From assembly GCF_000406145.1 (NCBI RefSeq), contig NZ_CM001976.1:1435315-1467314 (forward strand): a DNA stretch of 32,000 nt, in the 5' to 3' direction. This document shows positions 17,062 to 25,388 of the stretch, piece by piece. Position 1 is the first letter of the stretch. Each line of letters starts with the position of its first letter. The notes below the pieces were generated by a model, which saw only the letters and a list, made by a program, of their open reading frames with translations, did no database searches and was not told where the DNA came from. The position numbers were made by a program, and so were the translations under genes. This stretch comes from Dickeya dadantii NCPPB 898. Lineage in GTDB: Bacteria > Pseudomonadota > Gammaproteobacteria > Enterobacterales > Enterobacteriaceae.

Positions 17062-18399
17062 ATGTCGAGCCGAAATCGGATTATTTGGCGGGAAGGGCTG
17101 TTCATCAAGCCGCAGCATTTCCAGCAACAGCAAAGACACACGGACTACGCGCTGCATGCACGCCTCAGCGCGCTCAGTGATTATTTTTACGGCCTGCAAT
17201 CACTGGCGATCAACGAGGAATACCTCAACTTCGGGCGCATTGCGCTGGTTAACGCCACCGGGGTGATGCCGGACGGCACGGTATTCAACATTCCGGGGGA
17301 TGACGCGCTGCCGCAACCGCTGGAGATCACCGATGTGGCGCTGGCTAACCAGAAAGTGTATCTGGCGCTGCCGCTGGCGGTGAACGGCGTCAGCGAAGTG
17401 GGGCAGACGGGCGCCGGCATCGCCACCCGCCTGCAGTCGCATCGACACGATGTGCGCGATTTGCACAGCGAAGGCGGCGACGTGGTGTCGATGGAAGTGG
17501 GCAAGGTCAGCCTGCGGCTGATGCTGGAGCGCGATGACCGCAGCGCCTACGCCTCGCTGGCGATCGCCAACATCCTCGACAAGCGGCCGGACGGCGGTCT
17601 GGTGCTGGACCCCAATTTCATGCCGTGCAGCATCAGCGTCACCGCCATTCCGAGCCTGAAACGCTTTCTGGGCGAGTCCGCCGGTCTGGTGGCGGAACGC
17701 GCCCGCAGCCTGGCCCAGCGTATCGCCGCACCCGGTCAGCAAGGGGTGGCGGACGTGGCGGAGTTCATGATGCTGCAACTGCTTAACCGCGCTCAGCCGC
17801 AGCTGTCGCATCTGGCGCGCCTCGGTACGTTGCACCCGGAGCGGCTGCACGAAGCGCTGGTGCAACTGTGCGGCGAACTGATGACCTTTACCGACGAATC
17901 GCGCCTGCCGCCGGAGTTTGCCGCTTACCGCCACGAGCATCAGCAATCCAGCTTCGAGCCGCTGATGATGGCGCTGCGTCAGGCGCTGAGCACCGTGCTG
18001 TCGCCACGCGCAGTGTCGATTCAGATGAAGGCGCAGCCTTACGGCGTGCGGGTGGCGCTGGTGGGCGACGCCGAACTGATGGCCGGCGCCGAATTTGTGC
18101 TGGCGGTGCGCGCCCGTATGCCGCAGGAGCATCTGCGCAAACAGCTGTTGCAGCAAACCAAGATCGCTTCCAGCGACAAAATCCGCGAACTCATCAGCCT
18201 GCAACTGCCCGGCGTGCCGCTGCTGCCGCTGCCGGTGGCGCCGCGCCAACTGCCGTATCACGCCGGCTACAGCTACTTTCAGTTGGACAGGCAAAGCCCG
18301 GCCTGGAAATCGCTGGTCACCAGCAACACGCTGGCGTTCCACATCGCCGGCGAATTCCCGGAACTGGACATGCAACTGTGGGCCATCCGCGGCCAGTAG
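17062..18399 (+). CDS. tssK: T6SS baseplate subunit TssK (ImpJ/VasE)
   Basis: 445 aa. The N-terminus IIWREGLFIKPQHFQQQQRH is the canonical TssK opening. Confidence 0.95.
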   Translation: MSSRNRIIWREGLFIKPQHFQQQQRHTDYALHARLSALSDYFYGLQSLAINEEYLNFGRIALVNATGVMPDGTVFNIPGDDALPQPLEITDVALANQKVYLALPLAVNGVSEVGQTGAGIATRLQSHRHDVRDLHSEGGDVVSMEVGKVSLRLMLERDDRSAYASLAIANILDKRPDGGLVLDPNFMPCSISVTAIPSLKRFLGESAGLVAERARSLAQRIAAPGQQGVADVAEFMMLQLLNRAQPQLSHLARLGTLHPERLHEALVQLCGELMTFTDESRLPPEFAAYRHEHQQSSFEPLMMALRQALSTVLSPRAVSIQMKAQPYGVRVALVGDAELMAGAEFVLAVRARMPQEHLRKQLLQQTKIASSDKIRELISLQLPGVPLLPLPVAPRQLPYHAGYSYFQLDRQSPAWKSLVTSNTLAFHIAGEFPELDMQLWAIRGQ

Positions 18400-18415
18400 T
18401 TAACAGGAGGAACCC

Positions 18416-19192
18416 GTGAGTACCGACATCATCAAAAGCGATCAGTTGGGCGACCTGCTGTATGACAACGCCCGGCAACTGGATATGGATTCCGATTACT
18501 GGTTTCGCCTGCGCGGGCAGAGCATCAACCCGATGATCGACGCCGTTACCCCGCTGCTGGGCATGGTGGAGCGTGTGCGTCAGCTGTCGGAATACGACGG
18601 CGTGGCGGAGCTATACCAGCGCGTGCAGTCCGAAATTCAGGCTATCGAGCAGGAACTGCATTCCCACGGTTACGAGAACGGCGTGATTCTGTCGTTCCGC
18701 TACATTCTGTGCACCTTCATTGACGAAGCGGTGATGGGGCGAGAGTGGGGCGGTCAGAGCGTGTGGTCCGCCCATTCGCTGCTTACCCGTTTTCACAATG
18801 AAACCTGGGGCGGCGAGAAGGTGTTCGTACTGCTGGAGAAGCTGCTGGATGACCCAGCGCGCTACCGCGACATTCTGGAATTCATCTACCTGTGTCTGTG
18901 CCTCGGTTTTGAAGGCCGCTACCGGGTGATGACGCAGGGGCGCGAAGAGTTGGATCGGGTGGTGCGCCGCTTGCACGACACCCTGCGTCCGGAGCCGGAA
19001 AATACGCCGACGGTGTTCCACCTCAATCTGGGGCAGCAGTCTTCCCGTTACCAACTGCGTAAACAGATTTCGCTGCGCACCCTGTTTATCGGCCTGTGCG
19101 TGGTGATGGCCGCGGCGTTTGGCCTCTATCACTACCAGCTAACCAACCAGACCCAGGACGTGCTGCGTCAACTGGGAGAATTATTACAATAA
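18416..19192 (+). CDS. tssL: T6SS membrane-complex subunit TssL (DotU/ImpK), short form without a peptidoglycan-binding extension
   Basis: GTG 18416 is preceded by AGGAGG at 18405-18410. The DotU pattern is present (NPMIDAVTPLL...FRYILCTFIDEAVM...WGGEKVFVLLEKLL...LEFIYLCLCLGFEGRY). A single C-terminal transmembrane helix follows (LFIGLCVVMAAAFGLYHY). The protein ends about 20 aa after that helix. Confidence 0.93.
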   Translation: MSTDIIKSDQLGDLLYDNARQLDMDSDYWFRLRGQSINPMIDAVTPLLGMVERVRQLSEYDGVAELYQRVQSEIQAIEQELHSHGYENGVILSFRYILCTFIDEAVMGREWGGQSVWSAHSLLTRFHNETWGGEKVFVLLEKLLDDPARYRDILEFIYLCLCLGFEGRYRVMTQGREELDRVVRRLHDTLRPEPENTPTVFHLNLGQQSSRYQLRKQISLRTLFIGLCVVMAAAFGLYHYQLTNQTQDVLRQLGELLQ

Positions 19193-19207
19193 CAGGAGCG
19201 TATTCTC

Positions 19208-21808
19208 GTGATTCGAATCGAACTGCCGATCCTGGTTGAGCGACTCAACCCGCTGTGCCGCCACATGATGGAAGAGGCGGCGGCGCTGTGCATTCAGCAT
19301 CAGGGCGCGGAGATCCGCATTGAGCACCTGCTGCTGAAAATGCTGGAGACGCCGTTGTGCGACGTGCGCCAGATCCTCAAACGCGCCGGGATGGAGGCCG
19401 ACGAACTGGCGGCTCTGCTGCAACCGAATGCCGCGGACAAAGGGTTTGAGTCGGGCTATCCCTCGTTTTCGCCGCTGCTGGTGGAGTGGTTGCAGGACAG
19501 CTGGCTGCTGGCTTCGGCTGAACTCCAGCACGCCCGTCTGCGCAGCGGCGTGCTGCTGCTGGTGCTGTTGATGACTCCGACGCGCTATCTGTCGGCCACG
19601 GTGACCCGCCAACTGGCGCAGATTAACCGTGAACTGCTGCGTCAGCAGTTTGACGAATGGGTGAAAGACTCGGCGGAAACCGAGGTGATTGCCGCCGCCG
19701 GCGCGACGCCGGATCAGGCGGCCGCAGCCACCACCCAGCTGTCCCGCTATACCCAGAATGTCACCGAGTCCGCCCGTCAGGGCAAGTTAGACCCGGTGCT
19801 GTGCCGCGATCATGAAATCGACCTGATGATCGACATTCTGTCCCGTCGCCGTAAAAACAACCCGATCGTGGTCGGCGAGGCCGGGGTGGGTAAGAGCGCG
19901 CTGATTGAAGGACTGGCGCTGCGCATCGTCGCCGGGCTGGTGCCGGAGCGGCTGCGCGACGTGGAACTGCTGACGCTGGATTTGGGCGCGATGCAGGCCG
20001 GCGCCTCGGTGAAAGGCGAATTCGAGAAACGCTTCAAAGGGGTGATGCAGGAAGTCAAAGAGGCGCCGAAACCGGTGATCCTGTTCATCGACGAGGCCCA
20101 CACCTTAATCGGCGCCGGCAATCAGGCCGGCGGGCTGGACGTGTCCAACCTGCTTAAACCGGCGCTGGCGCGCGGCGAACTGCGCACCATCGCCGCCACC
20201 ACCTGGAGCGAATACAAGAAATACGTGGAAAAAGACGCCGCGCTGTCGCGTCGCTTCCAACTGGTGAAAGTGGGCGAGCCGAACGTTGACGAAGCCACGG
20301 TGATTCTGCGCGGGCTGCGCAGCATTTACGAACAATCGCACGGCGTGTTGATCGACGAAGAAGCCTTGCAGGCGGCGGCCAATCTGTCCGCCCGGTATAT
20401 CTCGGGGCGTCAGCTGCCGGACAAAGCGATCGACGTACTGGATACCGCCTGCGCGCGCGTCGCCATCAACCTGACTACGCCGCCGCGCGCGGTCAGCCAG
20501 TTGCAGACCCGTTTGCATCAGCAGGCGCTGGAGATCGCCCAACTGGAGCGTCAGGGCCGCATCGGTCTTGGCGACACGGCGGAGCGGCTGGCGACGCTGC
20601 GTGACGCCAGCGAGGCGGACGCCGCGACGCTGGCGCAGCTGGAAGCCGACTGGCAGCGTCAAAAAACGCTGGTGCAGCAGATTGTCGCCCTGCGCACGGC
20701 GTTGCTGGCCGATGAACCGGCGGAAGATTTCGATGCCGCCGCCGCGGCCGCTGAACTGGCCGATAGCGAGCGGGCGCTGGCCGAACTGCAACAACCGTCG
20801 GTGCTGGTGTCCCCGCATGTGGATAAAACCCAGATAGCGTCGGTGATCGCCGAGTGGACCGGGGTGCCGTTGAACCGCATTTCCCAGGGCGAGCTCGACG
20901 TGGTTACCCGCCTGCCGGATTACCTCGGCGACAGCATCAAAGGGCAACAGCTGGCGATCGCCCAGTTGCACAAGCACCTGCTGACCGCCCGCGCCGACCT
21001 GCGCCGTCCCGGCCGACCGTTGGGCGCGTTTTTGCTGGTGGGGCCGAGCGGCGTGGGCAAGACCGAAACCGTGGTGCAGATTGCCGATCTGATGTTCGGC
21101 GGCCGTAATTATCTCACCACCATCAACATGTCCGAGTACCAGGAGAAACACACGGTTTCCCGCTTAATCGGTTCGCCGCCGGGGTATGTCGGCTTTGGCG
21201 AGGGCGGGGTGCTGACCGAGGCCATTCGCCAGAAACCCTATTCGGTGGTGCTGCTGGATGAAGTGGAAAAAGCCCACCCGGACGTGCTCAACCTGTTCTA
21301 TCAGGCGTTCGACAAAGGCGAACTGGCGGACGGCGAAGGGCGGGTGATCGACTGCCGCAACGTGGTGTTCTTCCTGACCTCCAACCTGGGGTTCCAGACG
21401 ATTGTCAATTTTGCGGATCGACAGAACGAACTGTTGGATGCGCTCTATCCGGAACTGGCGGCGTTCTTCAAACCGGCGTTGCTGGCGCGTATGGAAGTGA
21501 TTCCTTATCTGCCGCTGGATCACGACACGCTGGTGGAGATCGTGCAGGGCAAACTGTCCCGTCTGGTGACGTTGCTGCAACAGCGCTTTGGCGCCGAGGT
21601 GTTGATCGACGCGGCGGTGCCGGAAGAGATTTTGCGTCTGGCGAACCGCAGCGAGAACGGCGCGCGCATGCTGGAGTCGGTGATCGACGGCGCGCTGTTG
21701 CCGCCGGTGTCGCTGCAATTGCTGCAACGCCTGTCGGCCGGACAGCCGGTCAGCCGCATTGATTTCCGGGTGGAAGACGGCCAGTTCCGGTCCGAGGTGG
21801 AGGGCTGA
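19208..21808 (+). CDS. tssH: T6SS AAA+ ATPase TssH (ClpV)
   Basis: 866 aa from GTG 19208, with AGGAG at 19194-19198. It has two Walker A motifs (GEAGVGKSA and GPSGVGKTE) and Clp/Hsp100 architecture. Confidence 0.95.
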   Translation: MIRIELPILVERLNPLCRHMMEEAAALCIQHQGAEIRIEHLLLKMLETPLCDVRQILKRAGMEADELAALLQPNAADKGFESGYPSFSPLLVEWLQDSWLLASAELQHARLRSGVLLLVLLMTPTRYLSATVTRQLAQINRELLRQQFDEWVKDSAETEVIAAAGATPDQAAAATTQLSRYTQNVTESARQGKLDPVLCRDHEIDLMIDILSRRRKNNPIVVGEAGVGKSALIEGLALRIVAGLVPERLRDVELLTLDLGAMQAGASVKGEFEKRFKGVMQEVKEAPKPVILFIDEAHTLIGAGNQAGGLDVSNLLKPALARGELRTIAATTWSEYKKYVEKDAALSRRFQLVKVGEPNVDEATVILRGLRSIYEQSHGVLIDEEALQAAANLSARYISGRQLPDKAIDVLDTACARVAINLTTPPRAVSQLQTRLHQQALEIAQLERQGRIGLGDTAERLATLRDASEADAATLAQLEADWQRQKTLVQQIVALRTALLADEPAEDFDAAAAAAELADSERALAELQQPSVLVSPHVDKTQIASVIAEWTGVPLNRISQGELDVVTRLPDYLGDSIKGQQLAIAQLHKHLLTARADLRRPGRPLGAFLLVGPSGVGKTETVVQIADLMFGGRNYLTTINMSEYQEKHTVSRLIGSPPGYVGFGEGGVLTEAIRQKPYSVVLLDEVEKAHPDVLNLFYQAFDKGELADGEGRVIDCRNVVFFLTSNLGFQTIVNFADRQNELLDALYPELAAFFKPALLARMEVIPYLPLDHDTLVEIVQGKLSRLVTLLQQRFGAEVLIDAAVPEEILRLANRSENGARMLESVIDGALLPPVSLQLLQRLSAGQPVSRIDFRVEDGQFRSEVEG

Positions 21809-21810
21809 GC

Positions 21811-23349
21811 ATGCAATCAGCCCTTGAACTGGCGTTCTCGCTGACCCGTCACCGGGATGAAGCCGGCCTGTGCGACTGGCTGATGAGCACGCTGCGTGCC
21901 GCATGGCAGCCGCAGGGCGCGCTGCTGGGGATGGTGGATGTCAGCGGGCGCCAGTTGATATGCAGCGGCTGGGTGCATCGCACGCCGCTGTCGCTGTCGC
22001 TCGGCGTGGACGATTTCAGTCATCCGCTGGCTTATGTATTGCTCAAGAATCAAACGCGCAGCTGGACGTCGTTGTACGGCGGCGCGCGCATCGAGCATGG
22101 CGGTTTTCGCCAGTTGCTGACCGACGCGGGCGCCGCCTGCGGGCTGTACGCCATGCCGTTGCAGGCGGACAGCGGTAAACCGCTGGCGGTGCTGGCGCTG
22201 CTGGATACGCCGGAGCGGCTAGAGACGCTGGGGCAGCATGGCGATTGCGCGCAGCTGGCGCAGGTGTTCTGTAGTCAACTGGCGTTGATCCGCGATCTGG
22301 GCCACAGCCGACGTGAACAGACCGCGCTGCGTGATTCGTTGCGCCAGATTAAAGACCAAGGCGCGCTGCGGCGCGAACGGGAAAAACGGGTGGCCGCCGG
22401 GCTGATTGGTCAGTCCGGCGCGGTGCGGCAATTGCACCAGCAGATTTGTCAGGCGGCCAGCCACCGGTTATCGGTGCTGGTTCACGGCGAAACCGGCGCC
22501 GGCAAAGACGTGGTGGCCCGGCTGTTGCACCAGTGTTCCGAGCGCGCCGAGCGCCCGTTCATCGCCATCAACTGCGCCGCTATTCCGGAAAACCTGATTG
22601 AAAGCGAGCTGTTCGGCTACGAGAAAGGCGCGTTTTCCGGCGCGCAGAGCAACAAGGTCGGGCTGGTGGCGCAAGCCAACGGCGGCACGCTGTTTTTGGA
22701 TGAAGTGGGCGATATGCCGCCGCTGATGCAGGCCAAGCTGTTGCGGGTGTTGGAAACGCACAGTTTCCGGCCGCTGGGCGCCGGGCAGGAGCAACATTCC
22801 GATTTCCGGCTGATCGCCGCCACGCATCAACCGCTGGAGCAGCGGGTGGCCGAAGGCCAGTTCCGTCAGGATCTCTATCATCGCCTGTGCCAGTGTCTGG
22901 TGCAGGTAGCGCCGCTGCGCGATCGCCCGGATGACATCAGCCTGCTGTGCGAACACTTTATCGGGCTGTTCGCCCGCCAGCAGCAGAAACAGCTGGGGCC
23001 GCTGCATCGCACGTTTCTCAAGCAACTGGTGGGGTATGACTTCCCCGGCAATGTACGTGAGCTGAAGAACCTGCTGGAGGTGGCCTGCGCGCATACGCCG
23101 GCAGGCGAGCCGATTCGTCTGGAATCGTTGCCGCCGGAGTTGCACGAGCGGGTATGTAACGGAGCCGCCGCCGATAGCGACGCTTTCCACCATATTCAGG
23201 ATCTGCGCCTCGCCACTCAGCAGTATGAAGCCGCGGTGATTGCGGCGCGTCTGCGCCAGTTTCAGGGCAACCGGCTGCTGGTGGCGGAGAGCCTGAATAT
23301 TCCCAAACGAACCCTGGATCACAAGTGCCAGAAACTGGAGGTGAACTGA
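21811..23349 (+). CDS. vasH: Sigma-54-dependent transcriptional activator (VasH-like bEBP)
   Basis: The N-terminus is a GAF-like sensory region. The AAA+ sigma-54 interaction domain contains [22 protein letters not shown] and the IAATHQPL region. The C-terminus has a Fis-type HTH ([23 protein letters not shown]). It occupies the same position as V. cholerae vasH. Confidence 0.9.
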   Translation: MQSALELAFSLTRHRDEAGLCDWLMSTLRAAWQPQGALLGMVDVSGRQLICSGWVHRTPLSLSLGVDDFSHPLAYVLLKNQTRSWTSLYGGARIEHGGFRQLLTDAGAACGLYAMPLQADSGKPLAVLALLDTPERLETLGQHGDCAQLAQVFCSQLALIRDLGHSRREQTALRDSLRQIKDQGALRREREKRVAAGLIGQSGAVRQLHQQICQAASHRLSVLVHGETGAGKDVVARLLHQCSERAERPFIAINCAAIPENLIESELFGYEKGAFSGAQSNKVGLVAQANGGTLFLDEVGDMPPLMQAKLLRVLETHSFRPLGAGQEQHSDFRLIAATHQPLEQRVAEGQFRQDLYHRLCQCLVQVAPLRDRPDDISLLCEHFIGLFARQQQKQLGPLHRTFLKQLVGYDFPGNVRELKNLLEVACAHTPAGEPIRLESLPPELHERVCNGAAADSDAFHHIQDLRLATQQYEAAVIAARLRQFQGNRLLVAESLNIPKRTLDHKCQKLEVN

Positions 23350-23912
23350 TGATGCTGACGATGGTGCCGCTGCTGATGGCGGCAGTCGGCTCGCCCGATC
23401 CCGCCTGGCAATCACTGTGGGAACAGTGCCGCAATGAGACGTCGCCGCAGGTGCGTCTGGCCTGTTACGACGCGCTCGGACGCGAAACGGAACGCGCCGG
23501 CGCCTCGCCGCCCGCCCCGAATAATGGTGCGGTGGGGGAGAACGCGTTTCATCTCAACCGCGAGGCGACCAATGGCGACCTGACGCTGACGCGGACGCTG
23601 GCGGACGGCAACACGCTGGTGATCAGCTGCGCCAGCAGCATTACCCATTTGCGACTGACGCTCAGCCAGCCGTGGCCGGGCGACAACGTCACCTCCCAGC
23701 TTGACGGCGCCAGCGCGCCGGATAACTGGTTTGTGCGCAATCGCGGCACGTTGCTGGAATTTGGCCGCGGCCTGCCGGCGATCGACACGCTCAAACGCTG
23801 GGTCGGGCACCAGGAGCTGGTGCTGAATGGCGAGCAGGATCATGTGCTGCGCATCGATCTCACCGGGCTGGGCGAGGCGCTGGCGCCGCTGCGTCAGCAG
23901 TGCCGCTGGTAG
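23349..23912 (+). CDS. vasI: T6SS-associated periplasmic protein, VasI family
   Basis: ATG 23349 overlaps the vasH TGA. The N-terminus looks like a signal peptide ([14 protein letters not shown]). The family is inferred mainly from its conserved position between vasH and tssA/vasJ, and from its size of about 187 aa. Confidence 0.65.
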   Translation: MMLTMVPLLMAAVGSPDPAWQSLWEQCRNETSPQVRLACYDALGRETERAGASPPAPNNGAVGENAFHLNREATNGDLTLTRTLADGNTLVISCASSITHLRLTLSQPWPGDNVTSQLDGASAPDNWFVRNRGTLLEFGRGLPAIDTLKRWVGHQELVLNGEQDHVLRIDLTGLGEALAPLRQQCRW

Positions 23913-23917
23913 AGGCG

Positions 23918-25363
23918 ATGAGTATGCATGCACACCCCTGGTGTAAACGACTGCTGACGACCCTGCCCGACGAGGCGCTGCGGGCGGCGGTGGCGGCGGA
24001 TGATCCGCTGTGGGAACAGGTGGAAACCGAGCTGGTTAAGCTGGGGTCGCTGGCGCACAGCCAGGTGGATCTCAACGCCGTCGCCGGTCAGTGCCTGACG
24101 CTGCTGGAGAGCCGCACCAAAGACATGCGCGTGCTGGTGCAACTGCTGCGCTGTTTACAGCACCCGGCCAAGGCCACCCCGTTCGCCACCGCCATCATGC
24201 TGCTCGACAGCTGGCTGGAGGCTTACTGGACGCTGGCGTTCCCCGCCAGTCCGGTACAAAAACAGAAGCTGATGGTGCAGATCATCCGCCGTTTTGAGGG
24301 CGTGCTGCCCCGCGTGGCGGAAAACGCCTCCGGAGCGGAGCTGAGCCAACTGCATCAACTGGCGGAACAACTGGCGGTACGCTGGAGCGGTTTGGCCGCC
24401 GACAAGGCTGACTTGACCGACGAACTGGCGGCGGCGCTTCAACGCGCCCGGCAACGTCATCAGGCGCAGGAGAAAGCCAATCAGGCGGCGGAGCCGGCGT
24501 CTGGCGCGCAGGGTGGAACGAGCGGGAGCGCCGCTGCCGCCAGCGGCGGTTCTGGCAGCGCCGCCGGGACCACCAGCGCGGCCGCGACGGTGGAAATCAA
24601 CAGTTCGGATGACCGTAGCTGGAAGCAGACCCAGCTTAATGTGGCGGCGTTGCTGGTGGAGCGCCAGCCGGAAGCGCCGGTAGGCTATCGCCTGCGCCGC
24701 AACGCGGTCTGGGCTGGGATCACCACGCCGCCGACGACGGCTCGCGGTAATAAAACCCAACTGGCGCCGGTGTCGCCCGACCGGGTGGATGAATACCAGA
24801 GCGCGCTTGGGCAGGCTGACCTGGTGTTGTGGAACAAGATTGAACAGAGCCTGACGCTGGCGCCGTACTGGTTTGACGGCCACATGCTGTCGGCGACGGT
24901 GGCGACCCGGCTGGGGCATAGCGCCGTCGCCGGCGCCATCGCCGACGAACTGTCGGCGTTTCTCGCCCGGCTGCCGGAACTGCGCGAGCTGGCGTTCAGC
25001 GACGGTTCGCCGTTTCTGTCGGCCAAATGCGCCCAGTGGCTGCAATCCGCCCAGCCGGCACGCGGCGGCGGCGGTCAACGGCAGGACGATTTGGCGGCCG
25101 AGGCGGCGGCCTGCTGCGCCGAGCAAGGGTTAGGCGCGGCGCTGTCGCTGCTGGATGAGCGTATTCGGCGGTTGAAAGAGCCGCGCGAGCGTTTTTGCGC
25201 CGAACTGGTGCTGGCGGATTTGCTGGCGGAAGAGGGTATGAAAGCGCTGGCGGCACAACATTATCAGCACCTGTGGCAGGAAAGCGAGCGACTGGGCCTG
25301 ATGCAGTGGGAACCGGGAATGGTCAGCCGACTGGAACGGCTGGGCGCGTCCCGCAGGAAATAA
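23918..25363 (+). CDS. tssA: T6SS assembly/cap protein TssA (ImpA/VasJ)
   Basis: ATG 23918 is preferred; GTG 23900 is an alternative. The ImpA_N pattern is present (DPLWEQVETELVKLGSLAHSQVDLNAVAGQCLTLLESRTKDMRVLVQLLRCL). A central Ala/Gly/Ser-rich linker is also present. Confidence 0.88.
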   Translation: MSMHAHPWCKRLLTTLPDEALRAAVAADDPLWEQVETELVKLGSLAHSQVDLNAVAGQCLTLLESRTKDMRVLVQLLRCLQHPAKATPFATAIMLLDSWLEAYWTLAFPASPVQKQKLMVQIIRRFEGVLPRVAENASGAELSQLHQLAEQLAVRWSGLAADKADLTDELAAALQRARQRHQAQEKANQAAEPASGAQGGTSGSAAAASGGSGSAAGTTSAAATVEINSSDDRSWKQTQLNVAALLVERQPEAPVGYRLRRNAVWAGITTPPTTARGNKTQLAPVSPDRVDEYQSALGQADLVLWNKIEQSLTLAPYWFDGHMLSATVATRLGHSAVAGAIADELSAFLARLPELRELAFSDGSPFLSAKCAQWLQSAQPARGGGGQRQDDLAAEAAACCAEQGLGAALSLLDERIRRLKEPRERFCAELVLADLLAEEGMKALAAQHYQHLWQESERLGLMQWEPGMVSRLERLGASRRK

Positions 25364-25388
25364 GACATTCGGAGTTGAATGGTCACTT

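Noticed and set aside
13130-25126. Other long antisense ORFs across tssF/G, tssK, clpV, vasH and tssA (e.g. 13130-14317, 14311-15327, 17200-18375, 20105-21151, 22468-23415, 24155-25126)
   Set aside because: The reasoning is the same. Each lies entirely inside a confidently assigned plus-strand T6SS gene and shows only low-complexity translation.
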